64,000 nucleotides of DNA from the human T2T-CHM13v2.0 reference genome, Homo sapiens, in assembly GCF_009914755.1 (NCBI RefSeq), contig NC_060937.1, one strand, 5' to 3'. The notes beneath the pieces are model-generated. The model searched no databases, was not told where the DNA came from, and saw only the letters and a program-made list of their open reading frames with translations. The position numbers and the translations under genes were made by a program. This document shows positions 23,189 through 54,029 of the stretch, one piece after another; position 1 is the stretch's first letter, and each line of letters opens with the position of its first letter.

Positions 23189-23272
23189 GTGTTGTGCAGT
23201 GGAAACGGTCATCTTCCGCTAAAGCACGGCGTGTTGTGCAGCGGAAATGGTCATCTGCTGCTAAAGCACAGC
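23189..23272. repeat. 42-bp tandem duplication (2 copies)
   Basis: gtgttgtgcagtggaaacggtcatcttccgctaaagcacggc / gtgttgtgcagcggaaatggtcatctgctgctaaagcacagc. Confidence 0.9.
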
Positions 23273-23612
23273 TTCCATCGTAATGTATGCTCCTTGCTCA
23301 AAGAGTGTGGTCCCAAACAGCCTTTGGGAGGTCCTCCTTGATTCATGGATGAAACCTGGAACATCTTGAGGACTGAGTTAACCATAGGTCCTTAAATAAC
23401 TCTCCACACGTTTTTCTTAGTTTATCTCTACATGCAGGGTGTGCAGCAGCCTGTTCAAAGTCATATTTTCTGGGAAATATTTCCAGTGTTTATTTGCACT
23501 TTAGCCCACTCTGTGTAGCCTTATTTCTTCTAAACTCACCATTAACCTGAATAATAGTCAAATTTAGGGGGACTGTATTTGCCTTACTCGAGTCTTCTAC
23601 CATAGTTGAAAC

Positions 23613-24219
23613 TGTCGTACCCGAGTGAGTTAGAGAGAAATGCCACGCATTGAGACGAATTCAGGAGTCCTTTACTAGCCAGCGACTGAGACATGGCTAA
23701 AGCACGAAATTCTCTCGGCCCTGAAGAAGGGACTAGATTTTCTTTTATACTTTGGTTTAGAGAGGGGAGGGGGGATTCTAGCTGCAGCAACTTTACAGAA
23801 GAAAAAAACAGACAAAAAACTTAGAAAGACAGATGGTTACAGGAAAACAAACTGTTCCTGGTGTAGGGTCTTTAAATTCACCACAAAGTGATAGGTGAGG
23901 GGGCTCTGGGCATTATCTGCCGGACAAATGTGGGGGCTTTATGATACTATCTCTGAGTAAATTGCTGGGAACTGGGGACATCTCTTGTCTCAGCACTTTA
24001 TCAGTTAATTGCACGCTTTGATATGTTGAAAATCAGCTTGCACAAGTTAAAGTCCTTGAGGAAAGGGGGTGGGTAAGGAGTCCTTGATGTCTTGTTAATG
24101 AAGGAGCCAAATGGAGTTTGTCTGGTTTTCTCAGCTAAGGGAGAGTCTATTCATATTAAAAACAAGGTTAGCTGTCTAAGGAAGAGTCTATTCATGTTAA
24201 TACAACGTTGGGTATTACA
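23613..24219 (-). mobile_element. Solo ERV1 LTR, LTR6 (HERVS71)-like
   Basis: TG...CA termini (tgtcgtaccc...gggtattaca), 4-bp TSD aaac on both sides, ~607 bp. Confidence 0.72.
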
Positions 24220-25039
24220 AAACGTCTGTTCATGATCTGGAAATTCTTCTGTGTTAGTTCTGTTAAAAGAAAAACTTTAAAGGGGTTTAATTTAGCAATA
24301 AACGATTCATGAATCGGACAGTCCCCAGAATCACAGCAGATTCACAGAGACTCCAGTGCAGTCATGTGGTGGAAGAAGATTTATAGACAAAAGGGAAGTG
24401 GCATACCGAAATCGGAAGTGAGGTACAGAAACAACTCAGCGTTTGCCTTGTTTGAACACATTTTGAACATTTGGCAGTGCCTGAGTGGTTGAAGTTTGGC
24501 CATTGGGATTGGCCAAGATGTAGCTGTTGTTCCAGGTGCATACTCTTAAGTTAGTTTTTCATTCTTGTATACCTATTAAGGTAGGTTGCAGTTCACCCAC
24601 AAGGACTCATATATAGAATTATGGAGTCCTTCTCAGGCCATACTTAGTTCACTTTAACAATGCCTTCCCTTTGGTTATTTTCTCAATTTTGAGAGATTGG
24701 CCGAAACTTCAGTCACTGGTGTCACTATTACCATTGCAAATGTACTTACTTGGTTTAGAAACCCACTGGGAAATAGACCAGTGAGATTTGAAAAGGTGGA
24801 ACAAGGACTTGAGTAGAAGGTATCTTCTTATGCTGGAACATCCTGTTTACAGGAGAAAAACAAAACCTGGTTTGTTCTAGGATTTATGTGTTTCCCTAAA
24901 GTCTTAGTTTGATTATGTTACATTTAGCATGAGTGACTCCATTTTGGTTTGGTTTGGTTTGGTCTGTTGGGACCTATTGCATGAGCTTAGTTCAAAACAA
25001 TGGCCTCCCATAATTTTGCTTTAAAAATTCCTCCTTTTT

Positions 25040-25331
25040 GCTGGGTGTGGTGGCTCACACCTGTAATCCCAGCACTTTGGGAGCCTGAGGTGGGCAGATC
25101 ACGAGGTCAGGAGATTGAGACCATCCTTGCTAATATGGTGAAACCCCATCTCTACTAAAAATACAAAAAATTAGCCAAGTGTGGTGGCGGGTGCCTGTAT
25201 TCCCAGCTACTCAGGAGGCTGAGGCAGGAGAATGGCCTGAACCTGGGAGGCAGAGCTTGCAGTGAGCCGAGATCATGCCACTGCACTCCACTCTGGGGGA
25301 CAGACCAAAACTCTGTCTTAGAAAAAAAAAA
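25040..25331 (+). mobile_element. AluY in MER57-int
   Basis: Full Alu; TSD-like aaaat(t)cctcctttt on both sides. Confidence 0.9.
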
Positions 25332-25404
25332 TCCTCCTTTTCAGTCAAGTTCTCACTTAGTTGAGAGTGTGACCAAAATGTAGGGCCTTAGCATCACTCT
25401 TAGT

Positions 25405-26992
25405 TACCATTGTTTTGGGTTCCAGTTTTAGCATGTCATTCCCATTGTTTTGGGTTTCTGGTTTAGCACATCACTCCCATTGTTTTGGGTTCCGGTTTTA
25501 GCACGTCATTCCCATTGTTTTGGGTTTCTGGTTTAGCACGTCACTCTCATTGTTTTGGGTTCCTGTTTTAGCACGTCACTCCCATTGTTTTGGGTTCTGG
25601 TTTAGCACGTCATTCCCATTGTTTTGGGTTCAGGTTTTAGCACATCACTCCCATTGTTTTGGGTATCTGGTTTTAGCATGTCACTCCCATTGTTTTGTGC
25701 ATCTGGTTTTAGCACCTCACTCCCATTGTTTTGGGTTTCCAGGTTTTAGCACGTCACTCCCATTGTTTTGGGTGTCTGGATTTATCACGTCACTCCCATC
25801 GTTTTGGGTTTCTGGTGTAGCAGGACACTCCCATTGTTTTGGGTTTCTGGTTTTAGCACTTCACTCCCATTGTTTTGGGTTTCTGGTTTAGCACGTCACT
25901 CTCATTGTTTTGGGTTCCTGTTTTAGCACGTCACTCCCATTGTTTTGGGTTCTGGTTTAGCACGTCACTCACATTGTTTTGGGTTCTGGTTTTAGCACCT
26001 CACTCCCATTGTTTTGGGTTTCCAGGTTTTAGCACGTCACTCCCATTGTTTTGGGTGTCTGGTTTTATCACGTCACTCCCATCGTTTTGGGTTTCTGGTG
26101 TAGCAGGACACTCCCATTGTTTTGGGTTTCTGGTTTTAGCACTTCACTCCCATTGTTTTGGGTTTCTGGTTTAGCAGGACCCTCCCATTGTTTTGGGTTT
26201 CTGGTTTTAGCATGTCACTCCCATTGTTTTGGGTTCCGGTTTTAGCACGTCACTCCCATTGTTTTGGGTTCCGGTTTAGCACGTCATTCCCATTGTTTTG
26301 GGTTCAGGTTTTAGCACATCACTCCCATTGTTTTGGGTATCTGGTTTTAGCATGTCACTCCCATTGTTTTGTGTATCTGGTTTTAGCACCTCACTCCCAT
26401 TGTTTTGGGTTTCCAGGTTTTAGCACGTCACTCCCATTGTTTTGGGTTTCTGGTTTATCATGTCACTCTCATTGTTTTGGGTTTCTGGTTTAGCAGGACG
26501 CTCCCATTGTTTTGGGTTTCTGGTTTTACACGTCACTCCCATTGTTTTGGGTTTCTGGTTTAGCAGGACACTCCCATTGTTTTGGGTTTCTGGTTTAGCA
26601 GGTCACTACCATTGTTTTGGGTTCCGGTTTAAGCACATCACTCCCATTGTTTTGGATTCCGGTTTTAGCACATCACTCCCATTGTTTTGGATTTCTGGTT
26701 TAGCAGGTCACTCCCATTGTTTTCGGTTCTGGTTTAAGCACATCACTCCCGTTGTTTTGGGTTCTGGTTCTAGCACCTCACTCCCATTGTTTGGGTTTCT
26801 GGTTTTGCAGGTCACTCCCATTGTTTTGGGTTCCAGTTTAAGCACATCACTCCCATTGTTTTCGTTTCCGGTTTTAGCACGTCACTCCCATTGTTTTGGG
26901 TTCCAGTTTTAGCAAGTCACTCCCATTGTTTTGGGTTTCTGGTTTAGCATGTCACTCCCATTGTTTTGGGTTTCCAGTTTAGCATGTCACTC
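25405..26992. repeat. VNTR, ~35-36-bp unit (cactcccattgttttgggtttctggttttagcacgt), ~45 copies, with higher-order blocks
   Basis: Read directly; repeated spurious ORFs at 25520, 25875 and 26158 reveal block duplications. Confidence 0.95.
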
Positions 26993-28263
26993 ATATGTTA
27001 TGGTGGCCTTACGGTTGCACATTTTTTTTAATCTCTTGTCATTCCAGTTGAAGAGATACCATTTGACATTTTAGAGATGGCTGCATGCAAACTCTTGAAA
27101 CATTTGAGTAAGTACAGTACACCAGGGAGATTCTTATGACTATTGGGATAACACCAAGATGTGGTATATGCTCCTTACTCAGGGTCCCCATAAATCAAAC
27201 CACCAAAAATCAAATAGATTAAAGAATGAATTAGATAAAGGGTTTACTTGCTTAACTAAGTGGTTTTTTTTGTTAATTCCCTACAACCAAATCTTTATAA
27301 TACCCCATGTTTTCTCCACATGCTGTAAGTGTTAGCAGCTGCACAGATACTTAAGATAAGAGTCTCATGATAGTAGAGAAGTCTTGATCTGTGATCTTGG
27401 GAAAAGCTGTTCACATTAAGGATGCCATCTTCTTCTGGGGGGAACTGTCCGTGTTAGCTTTACCTTAAGGGTTCCAATAGGCATATGGTTCCGAGTGTGG
27501 AGGGACCCTTCTGAGTTGTGAGACTATGAACCCAAAGTTTAAGGTTTTAAAGTTTTGTTGTCATGTGGATGGCGAGGGCAGTCCTTCTCTGATGTTCTCA
27601 GAAGATCCAGTCATCAGATTCTAGATTTTGAAGGGTTTGACTGTCCTCAGTGAACCATAAAAGGCTTTCTTTACCTGGTGAAAATACACTTCAGGGTAAT
27701 AATCTACTGTTTTAACATCAACTCTCTCGCATGGAAGAGCTTTTATACAATCAGAAAACATGCACTGAAAATGACAACTGAATGAAATCCCTTTATAAAA
27801 TGTTTAAATGGCCCATCAGATAACCAAATGTAACTGAAGTTTTGATTGTTTTCCTAGGAATATAGGTTTCACAAACCAAACATTGGTTATAAACTATTTT
27901 AGCAGTTTAGAAATCACCACACCAATATATTTAATTTGGATCGTTTTCTCTTTCTGTGATGAGTTATGGAATGCAGAACTTTTAATAACAAAAGTTTTTA
28001 GGACTTAAGAAGGATAAGGTGGCCATCCTGGTTCTTCATAGGTCTGTGCTTAATTAACATCAGACTTACATCCTCTTGAATACCAGCTGTTTCTCCAAAT
28101 TAGGTGCATGGCACTGGTAACTGATGAGTAGTTATAGGTAATTTGATTTAGACCATGGAGTTTATTTAAATTATATATCTAAACAATTTCAATATTGGTG
28201 ATTTAGCATGAAAATGTGGCAAAATATTTCCTTGGTATACAATTTTTGTTTTACTTGGGTTAG

Positions 28264-29281
<1,018 letters not shown>

Positions 29282-29534
29282 TTATTTTGACAGTGCTACC
29301 CATGTGACTTAACATGTTAAATAGTCCTGTTTACCTCTCTTTTGGGTGCTTCAGGGGTCTCTGTAGTATCCCAAAATTAGAGGTCAGAAAAGACAATTTT
29401 GAAGGTGAAATTTGATTTTGGGAAGCCTATTAAATATATTAAAGGTTTAAACACTTGATGTTATGAAATAGAATTCCACGTCACCGTAAGTCATTCATTT
29501 ACCAAAAATCATGACAAAAAATTTTTATTATTTT

Positions 29535-35689
<6,155 letters not shown>

Positions 35690-35782
35690 ATTATTTTTTA
35701 ATATTTTCTGAAAATCTTCTTTAAAGAGAGAAAGCCAAATGTCACCCACTTTTTCATAAAACCTTACAGGCAAATCTATTAT

Positions 35783-36078
35783 TCTTTTCTTTTTTGAGAT
35801 GGATTTTCCCTCTTGTTGCCCAGGCTGGAGTGCAATGGTGCGATCTCGGTTTACTGCAACCCCCTGCCTCCCAGGTTCAAGTGATTCTCCCGCCCCAGCC
35901 TCCTGAGTAGCTGGGATTAGAGGCATGCCCCACCATGCCCAGCTAATTTTGTGTTTTTAGTAGAGACGGGGTTTTTCCTTGTTGGTCAGGCTGGCCTTGA
36001 ACTCCTGACCTCATGTGATCCACCTGCCTCGGCCTCCCCAAGTGTTGGGATTACAGCTGTGAGCCACTGCCCCGGGCC
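35783..36078 (-). mobile_element. AluS
   Basis: Alu consensus. Confidence 0.9.
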
Positions 36079-37016
36079 ATTTTTTTTTAAAGATAGCGTC
36101 TTGCTCTGTCACCCTCCTCACCACATTATAGCTCTGGGGGCCAAGCTGCATCACAATGGAAATCATGGAGCCACAGGAAGAATCCACTCAGCTTTGCAAG
36201 ATGCTGCCCAAGGGGTTGCTTGGAGTAACCAAATTAACATTTTTCATTCTGCTCAGAGCAAAATATATGTGACAAAACATAGACACGAGCCACTTTGCTT
36301 AGCATCCAGTGTCAAACTGGTAAGACTCAAACTTGCTCCCAGATAGGCCGTGCCATCTCTAAATCTTTTTAGAAGCTTCTGCATGTTAATAGGCATCCCT
36401 AGATGAGACTAATTTGGGAGCCATCATTTTTAAATGCACTTCAGGGCATTATTCATTTGGAATGTTACACTATAAGTTATCTTTAGTAAGATTTTGCCAT
36501 TTCTGTAAGACTTTGCTGCTTCCCAGGCCTAATGAATTAGCCAGAAAGAACTTAGTTTTCCAGAAATTAAGGATCCTATTTTTACCTAATATATTGGCTT
36601 TACTCTCAGGTTCCCTTGATTGACTTAGCCAATGATTTTTTTTCCTACTTAAGCGTGTGAGGAAAATGAAACAAAGGGGCAGAACACAAAAATCCCCGTG
36701 AATTTCCAAAAGCCAAATTTTACAACCCTCCAATATTATCATTTACTACCACTTTCCTTCTGACCCATTCAGATGTAGGAGGCCTCTAACTGGAACTGGA
36801 TTCAAGCCAGTTAATTACTGGATCAAATCTGATCCTGGACCCGGTCCCGTTTCTGTCATAACTTCTAAAACATCCAGCCAGTCATGGCTGGATAGCAGTT
36901 TGGAACAGAAATTTGCTCAGAGAAACTCAGCTCAAAACACAAATTCATGGAGCTCTGAAATCCGAGAGAGAATTTACCACGATCCCCAGATGCTCTGAGA
37001 GGTCAAAGGGCACAAG

Positions 37017-38278
37017 TGTTACAGAATCCTGAGGTGTCACTTTTCTGCCTGAAACCTCTGGCTGGTGGCGCCTTTACCTGTGTTTTGCTCGGGCCCACTG
37101 GGTTCGTTCTGTCCACTCGGCTCATGCTAGTGGTCTGGATCCCACACCTGCCAAGGGTGAGCTGGGTACAGAGCAGTGAAGGGTGTGTGAGCAAGTGAGC
37201 ATGGGATCTGGCCACTGCACACAGCCAAGCATGCCAGCTGCAGTGGGGTGGGCAGCTCCAGGCACCGCCACAGGTGCCAGCTCCCTGTGAGGCTGCAGCT
37301 GGACCAGGCTGACTGCAAACAGCTTCCACTGTGGGTATCAGGGAATGCAGCGGTGCCTGGAAGCTTCGAGATGCAGGAACTGCAGAGCCCCAAATGAGGT
37401 GTCACAGCCCTGGCTTGGGGAGCTCCTAGGTCTGGGCTCCCTGAAGGGCCACAGCTCTTCTCTCCTTCTCTCTTCTCTTCTTCTTGCCTGCAATTTGGCA
37501 AGCAAGGGGTGCGTTTCAGCCCTGTTTATGTTACACCTCTTTCAGCCCTGCTAGTTGGCAGGTCCCGAGTTCTTGTCCTGAGTCCAGGAAGAATGAGGTA
37601 TGTGGGTAAGTAGAAGGTGAGCAAGGTGAAGAGGTGCTTTATTGAGCAACAGTACAGCTCAGAGGAGACGTGCAGTGGGTAGCTCCTTTCGGCAGGCAGG
37701 TCATCCCAATGTCTGTTCAGCTCTCAGCAGCTGAGAGAGATGCATGGTGGTTAGCTATGCCCACAGTGCCCAGGCTTTTCGAGCTGAGGAGTGCCTTCAA
37801 GCCAGTGCTGAGCCACTCTTAGCCCCACCTCAACGTCCCTCCTGTGCTCATCAGTTCCCAAAGTGTGGAGGGGGCCGAGGTGGCAGGGGGCTGGCATGTC
37901 AGCACTGCCCTGAGCTTGCACAAACTGGGCTGGGTTGCGACTGTGCCTGGGTTCAACCTCAATTTGGATCCGAAGTTGGAGTGGGCTCTGGGAGCGGAGA
38001 CATGCCAGGTGGTGGGAGCAGGTATGACTGGGCCTGCGGGGGCAGGGGGGCTTGCTGGGCCTCTGAGAGTGCAAAGATGCCCGGGTTTGCTGTCATGGGT
38101 GGATGGCTGCAGCTGTGCCTGGGAGGGTGGGGCTCCTGCCTGCCAATTTAGAAGGGGTGGGTCTCCCACCTGTTCCTGGCTCCCACTAACTTTGAGGAGT
38201 TCACAGCCCCAGCCACTCCTCCCCACTGCAGCCAGTGTCTCCGTAGCAACTGCTCCACATGGGCCACTGCTGCCATCA
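37017..38278 (-). mobile_element. MER52-family LTR nested in MER57-int
   Basis: GC-rich ~1.26-kb element with termini tgttacag...gctgccatca (tgatggcagc start on the - strand). Confidence 0.8.
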
Positions 38279-38398
38279 TAGAGCGGTCCTTGCAGGTGCC
38301 TTTCTTGTACCTCAGCACTCCTGGGGGTCATTAGAAGCCCTAGCAACACTGCTCACCACACTATAGCTCCGGAGGCCCTAGCAGTCCTGCTCCCACAG

Positions 38399-38416
38399 AT
38401 CCCACTTCTGACACCA
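38399..38416 (-). promoter_or_regulatory. Retroviral primer-binding site, tRNA-Leu(CAA)
   Basis: The + strand atcccacttctgacacca equals the 3' 18 nt of tRNA-Leu-CAA including CCA, 2 nt from the 5' LTR end. Confidence 0.85.
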
Positions 38417-39295
38417 TCTATTAAAAGAAAATCTTCAGCTGAATTAAATTTAAAGGAACTTAATTGAGCAATGAATGATTCACGAATCAGGCAGCCCCCA
38501 GAATCACAGCAGATTCGGTGAGACTCCAGCACAGCTACATGGTGGAAGGTTTATAGACAATAAAGGGAACGTGATGTACAGAAATCTGAAGTGAGGAGTG
38601 AGGTCCAGAAGCAACTGGGTCTGTTACAGTTCTCAGCAGTGAGGTCCAGAAACAACTGGACTGGTTACAGTGCTCAGCATTTGCCTTATTTGAACACAGC
38701 TGAACACTCAGCAGTGTGTGAGTGGCAGAAGTTTGGCTGTTGGGATTGGCCAGGACTCAGCTATAGTTACAGGTGCATACTCCAAAGTTAGGTTATCAGT
38801 CTTTCTACCTATTAAGTTAGGTTGCAGTTTGTCCACAGGGACTCAAATCTAGAAGTACAGAGTCCTTCCCAGGCCATATTTAGTTCACTGTAACAGTTCC
38901 TATTATGACCTCACTGACAGTTCTTTTTCTCTGAATTTTCCTTTCTTCTCAACAGCTTGTCCAAATGTTCCATTGGTCCCTGTTCATCCCGCCCTGCAGC
39001 TCTCCTTGACTGATTCTGCCCTTTGTGGTTTGCAGTCCTGTTTCTCTACAGCTTGGACCCCTTCAATCTTTCCATCATAGGTTTAACTCTCTGTTGAATT
39101 CTTATTTGTAGCTACGCAAATGTTACCTTAAGCTAAAAAAATTCAAAGTGAAAGCCACATCCTCCTCTCTTCCCTTATGTGTATGGTATTACTACCATGC
39201 AGCCAGTGACCCAAAATGGGATTTTTTCTGGGATTTTCTTGCTTAGATTCAGGCTCATCTGGTGTCAAGCCTTGTTACTTTTGTTTCCTTGTTCT

Positions 39296-39600
<305 letters not shown>

Positions 39601-40339
39601 TGCTTGTTGTTTTCATCTCATCCTGATTTCTGAATACAGGAGAGGAGCTGAGTTGGTGTTCACTAACAAGCACAGAAGCTTTGTTACATTTACAGTGTCA
39701 TTCTTGGCAAAACCTGAATGGTATGTTTGTGGGGTGATGAGGTTCAGTCCCCTGTGACCTGTGCATCTGGCCAACACTGTGGTGACATCCTTAGGAATCC
39801 ATGGGGAGAGACAAAGCATTCAGGAGTTAGTGGGTCACGTTTGACAAGGGCCAATAAAGAAATATGCAAAGACAAAAAAACAAGAAGAACATTATCATAT
39901 TTTATACCTTTTGTTTATATAAATTTATGTCAATGATTCTAGCTTATGTTAATATGCAATGTATACAATATGCTAACATATACAATATATGTTTATAGTT
40001 TAAACATTTCTGTCATGTTTTCAGATTCTTTAAAGATTATATTACACTTCCTATTTCAGATAGCTGTTTAAAATGAGTAAGGAAAAACGGATGTGTGCAT
40101 CAGTTCTAACTGTTTATGGACTAAAACTAGTTGATTTCTTGGTTAAGAACAAAAAGTGACAACCTAATTAACTGAAAATTTTAAGTAGGCAATTATGGTT
40201 TTAGCTTTAATGTAAAATATTAACTATGCTCCATTCTTGCATTTTTAACCTAATACTCAATATAAATCGCCACATGCCATGTTTCAGATCAAGGTTCTAC
40301 TTGTGATCTCTCATGAGTTTTTCAAGGTTTTAATTATCT

Positions 40340-42385
40340 GAGATGTAACAATGTACCCGTAACCTTACTGGCTTAAACCAGGAATTTATTCTTTTTACAT
40401 GTCACAATTTTCTGGGTCAAGACACTGGACAGAGCGGTGTGGGTTGGTTGCTTCATGATGTCCCTGGTCTCATCTGGAAGGACTCTAGTGGCTGGGGATG
40501 TGAAGCAAGCACCCAGAAGGACTCTAGTGGCTGGGGACACGGAGCAGGCACCCAGCCCTCTCTTTGTGGCCAGCACGGACTTCCTTCCAGTCTGGTAGCA
40601 TCAGGTAGTCAGGTTTGTCTGGCTTCTCCCAGGGTGTGTGTCCAAGAGGCCCAGGCAGAAGCTGTAAGGTCTCTCATGATCATCCCTCAGAAGTCCCAGA
40701 GCATCTCTCCTGCCACACTGTCCAGTTGTACTCATCACTGAGACCAGCCATGATTCAAGGGGGAAAGGTGATTAGATTCCACCTCTTGATGAGAAGCATA
40801 GTAGGAACCTGCAGCAGTCTTTAATAAACCACAGCTTGTCCTCTGGCCACAAACTATTAACGTTTCTCCCACATGCAAATTATGCTTTGCCCCTCTCAAG
40901 AGCCCCAGAATGGTTTTCCTTATGACACTGGCTAGTAGCCCAACTGAATCCTGAATCAGGTTGTGGTGGCTTGTCATCTGCACCCACACACACTCAGCTG
41001 CAGTGAGGACTGAATCAGGTTGTGGTGGCCTGTCATCTGACCCCCCACACACAGCCACAGTGGGGACTGAATCAGGTTGTTGTGAGCTATCATCTGAGCC
41101 CACAAACTCAGCCGCAGTGAGGGGACTGCTGTGAAAACAGTCGACATTTCCCTTTAGAAGCTTTGGTGGGAGGCAAGAGGGAAGTGCTGCCCTGCAGGCC
41201 CCGTCTAACAGTTGGTCATTCCCATGGGGCGCCTGTTACAGTTCTGTGATTAGTGCCCAGTCCTGGTGCCTGAAAACGGCGCCCAGTCCTGGTCCCTGAG
41301 AATGGTGTTTGTGTCCTTTTACTCCTCCCTCTGGGCTTTTGTTATTCTCCATGTTCTTTTTCCTTCAGTGCCTGGGTTGCCGTTGACCAGCTTTCCCTGC
41401 CTTTTTCTTATGGTCAATAGGGTATTCAATGGCTTCTTTTTCATTTTTTTTCCTTTTCTTTTCTTTTTTTTTACTTTGGCCTTTTGAGACAAGAAATTAT
41501 TTCTTTATATTTTCTCTAAATTCTGTTTGAAAACTGAACCTTCTTCTTTAGATCATGTCCCTCTCCTGTCATATTTATTCAGTGACAGTTAGGGGAGGCT
41601 GGTAGCACTTTCCATGTTCTTCCCAGATGTCTCCTTAGGCAGATCCCTGAGATGGTGCAGTGCCCTTTCAGTTTCCATGTTGTGGCCATAGTTTTCCCAC
41701 AGTCCCTCAGCAAGTAACTCTCAGACCTTTTCTCCAGTTTCCAATGACATTTTCTCACCGTCCTTCAGGCCCTGACCAAGAGTCTTGATGCCCTTCCAGG
41801 TTGCATGAATGGTCTCCTTGAGGCCCAGTTACAGGTCAGCCTCACAGTCGTGTCACATATTGTAGCTTCTGATTACCACAGCAGCTCATTTCCAGCTGCC
41901 ATATTCTGTTCCAGTTATCTATTCTGAAGTAAAACAACTCATTATTACTTGTTTTTTGGCTTAGACAGTCTTGGTGGCCAGCTCATCTCACACACAGTTG
42001 CAGCCAAGCTGGATTGTGTGAAAGCACAGTGGGGTGGTATGCAGGGTGGCTCACTAGTGGTTGGGAGTGGATGTTGCTGGAGGCTCACTAGTTGTTGGGA
42101 GTTGGTGTTGCTGGAGGCTCAGTGGGGGATGTCAATGCGTGTAGCTAGTCATGGACTGGCCTTGTGGTTTCCATCATGAGGTCTCAGGGGAGTGGGATTT
42201 CCTGCCTGGTGACTGGCTTTCTCCTGGGTAAGTGTTCTGTTTTCTCAGCCTGGCTTCTGAAGTCCCCAAATACCAGCTTTGTCACCTTCTGTTGGCCAAA
42301 TAAGTCAGTAGTCTGGTCAAGGTTTAAGGGGAATTGGTTCTCACAGAGAGAGGAGCAGGAAAGAATTTGTCACCTTTAGTCTACC
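40340..42385. mobile_element. MLT1 LTR/internal remnants (~40340-40950 and ~41900-42385)
   Basis: MLT1-type phrases (accttactggcttaaac, tagattccacctcttgatg, tcaaggtttaagggg). Confidence 0.55.
40951..41122. repeat. ~58-bp tandem repeat x3 (plus a 39-bp x2 duplication at ~40477-40555)
   Basis: ctgaatcaggttgtggtgg..tcatctg..cacacac..cagtg(a/g)ggac at 40951, 41010 and 41067. Confidence 0.88.
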
Positions 42386-42399
42386 AGAAATGAGATTTC

Positions 42400-48760
<6,361 letters not shown>

Positions 48761-48860
48761 ATAGAGGTAATTAATGAAACACATAATGAATTGTGCTTCT
48801 GTTTTTATAATATTTTAAGCATTCTTAACTCAGAAATGTAAATTTTAGAAAAAAATTCCA

Positions 48861-50752
<1,892 letters not shown>

Positions 50753-50774
50753 TTATTTTAAGTGTACAATACAG

Positions 50775-54028
<3,254 letters not shown>

Positions 54029-54029
54029 C

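Noticed and set aside
25405-26992. CRISPR-like array (36-bp repeats) or hydrophobic repeat proteins
   Set aside because: Units are directly tandem with no unique spacers, there are no cas genes, the context is eukaryotic, and the ORFs are repeat artefacts.
37003-38349. Several 100-176-aa ORFs (also 13452-13995)
   Set aside because: They lie in GC-rich MER52 LTR sequence and overlap on both strands; spurious.
38399-38416. tRNA-Leu gene
   Set aside because: Only the 3' 18 nt, including the non-encoded CCA, adjacent to an LTR: a PBS, not a tRNA gene.
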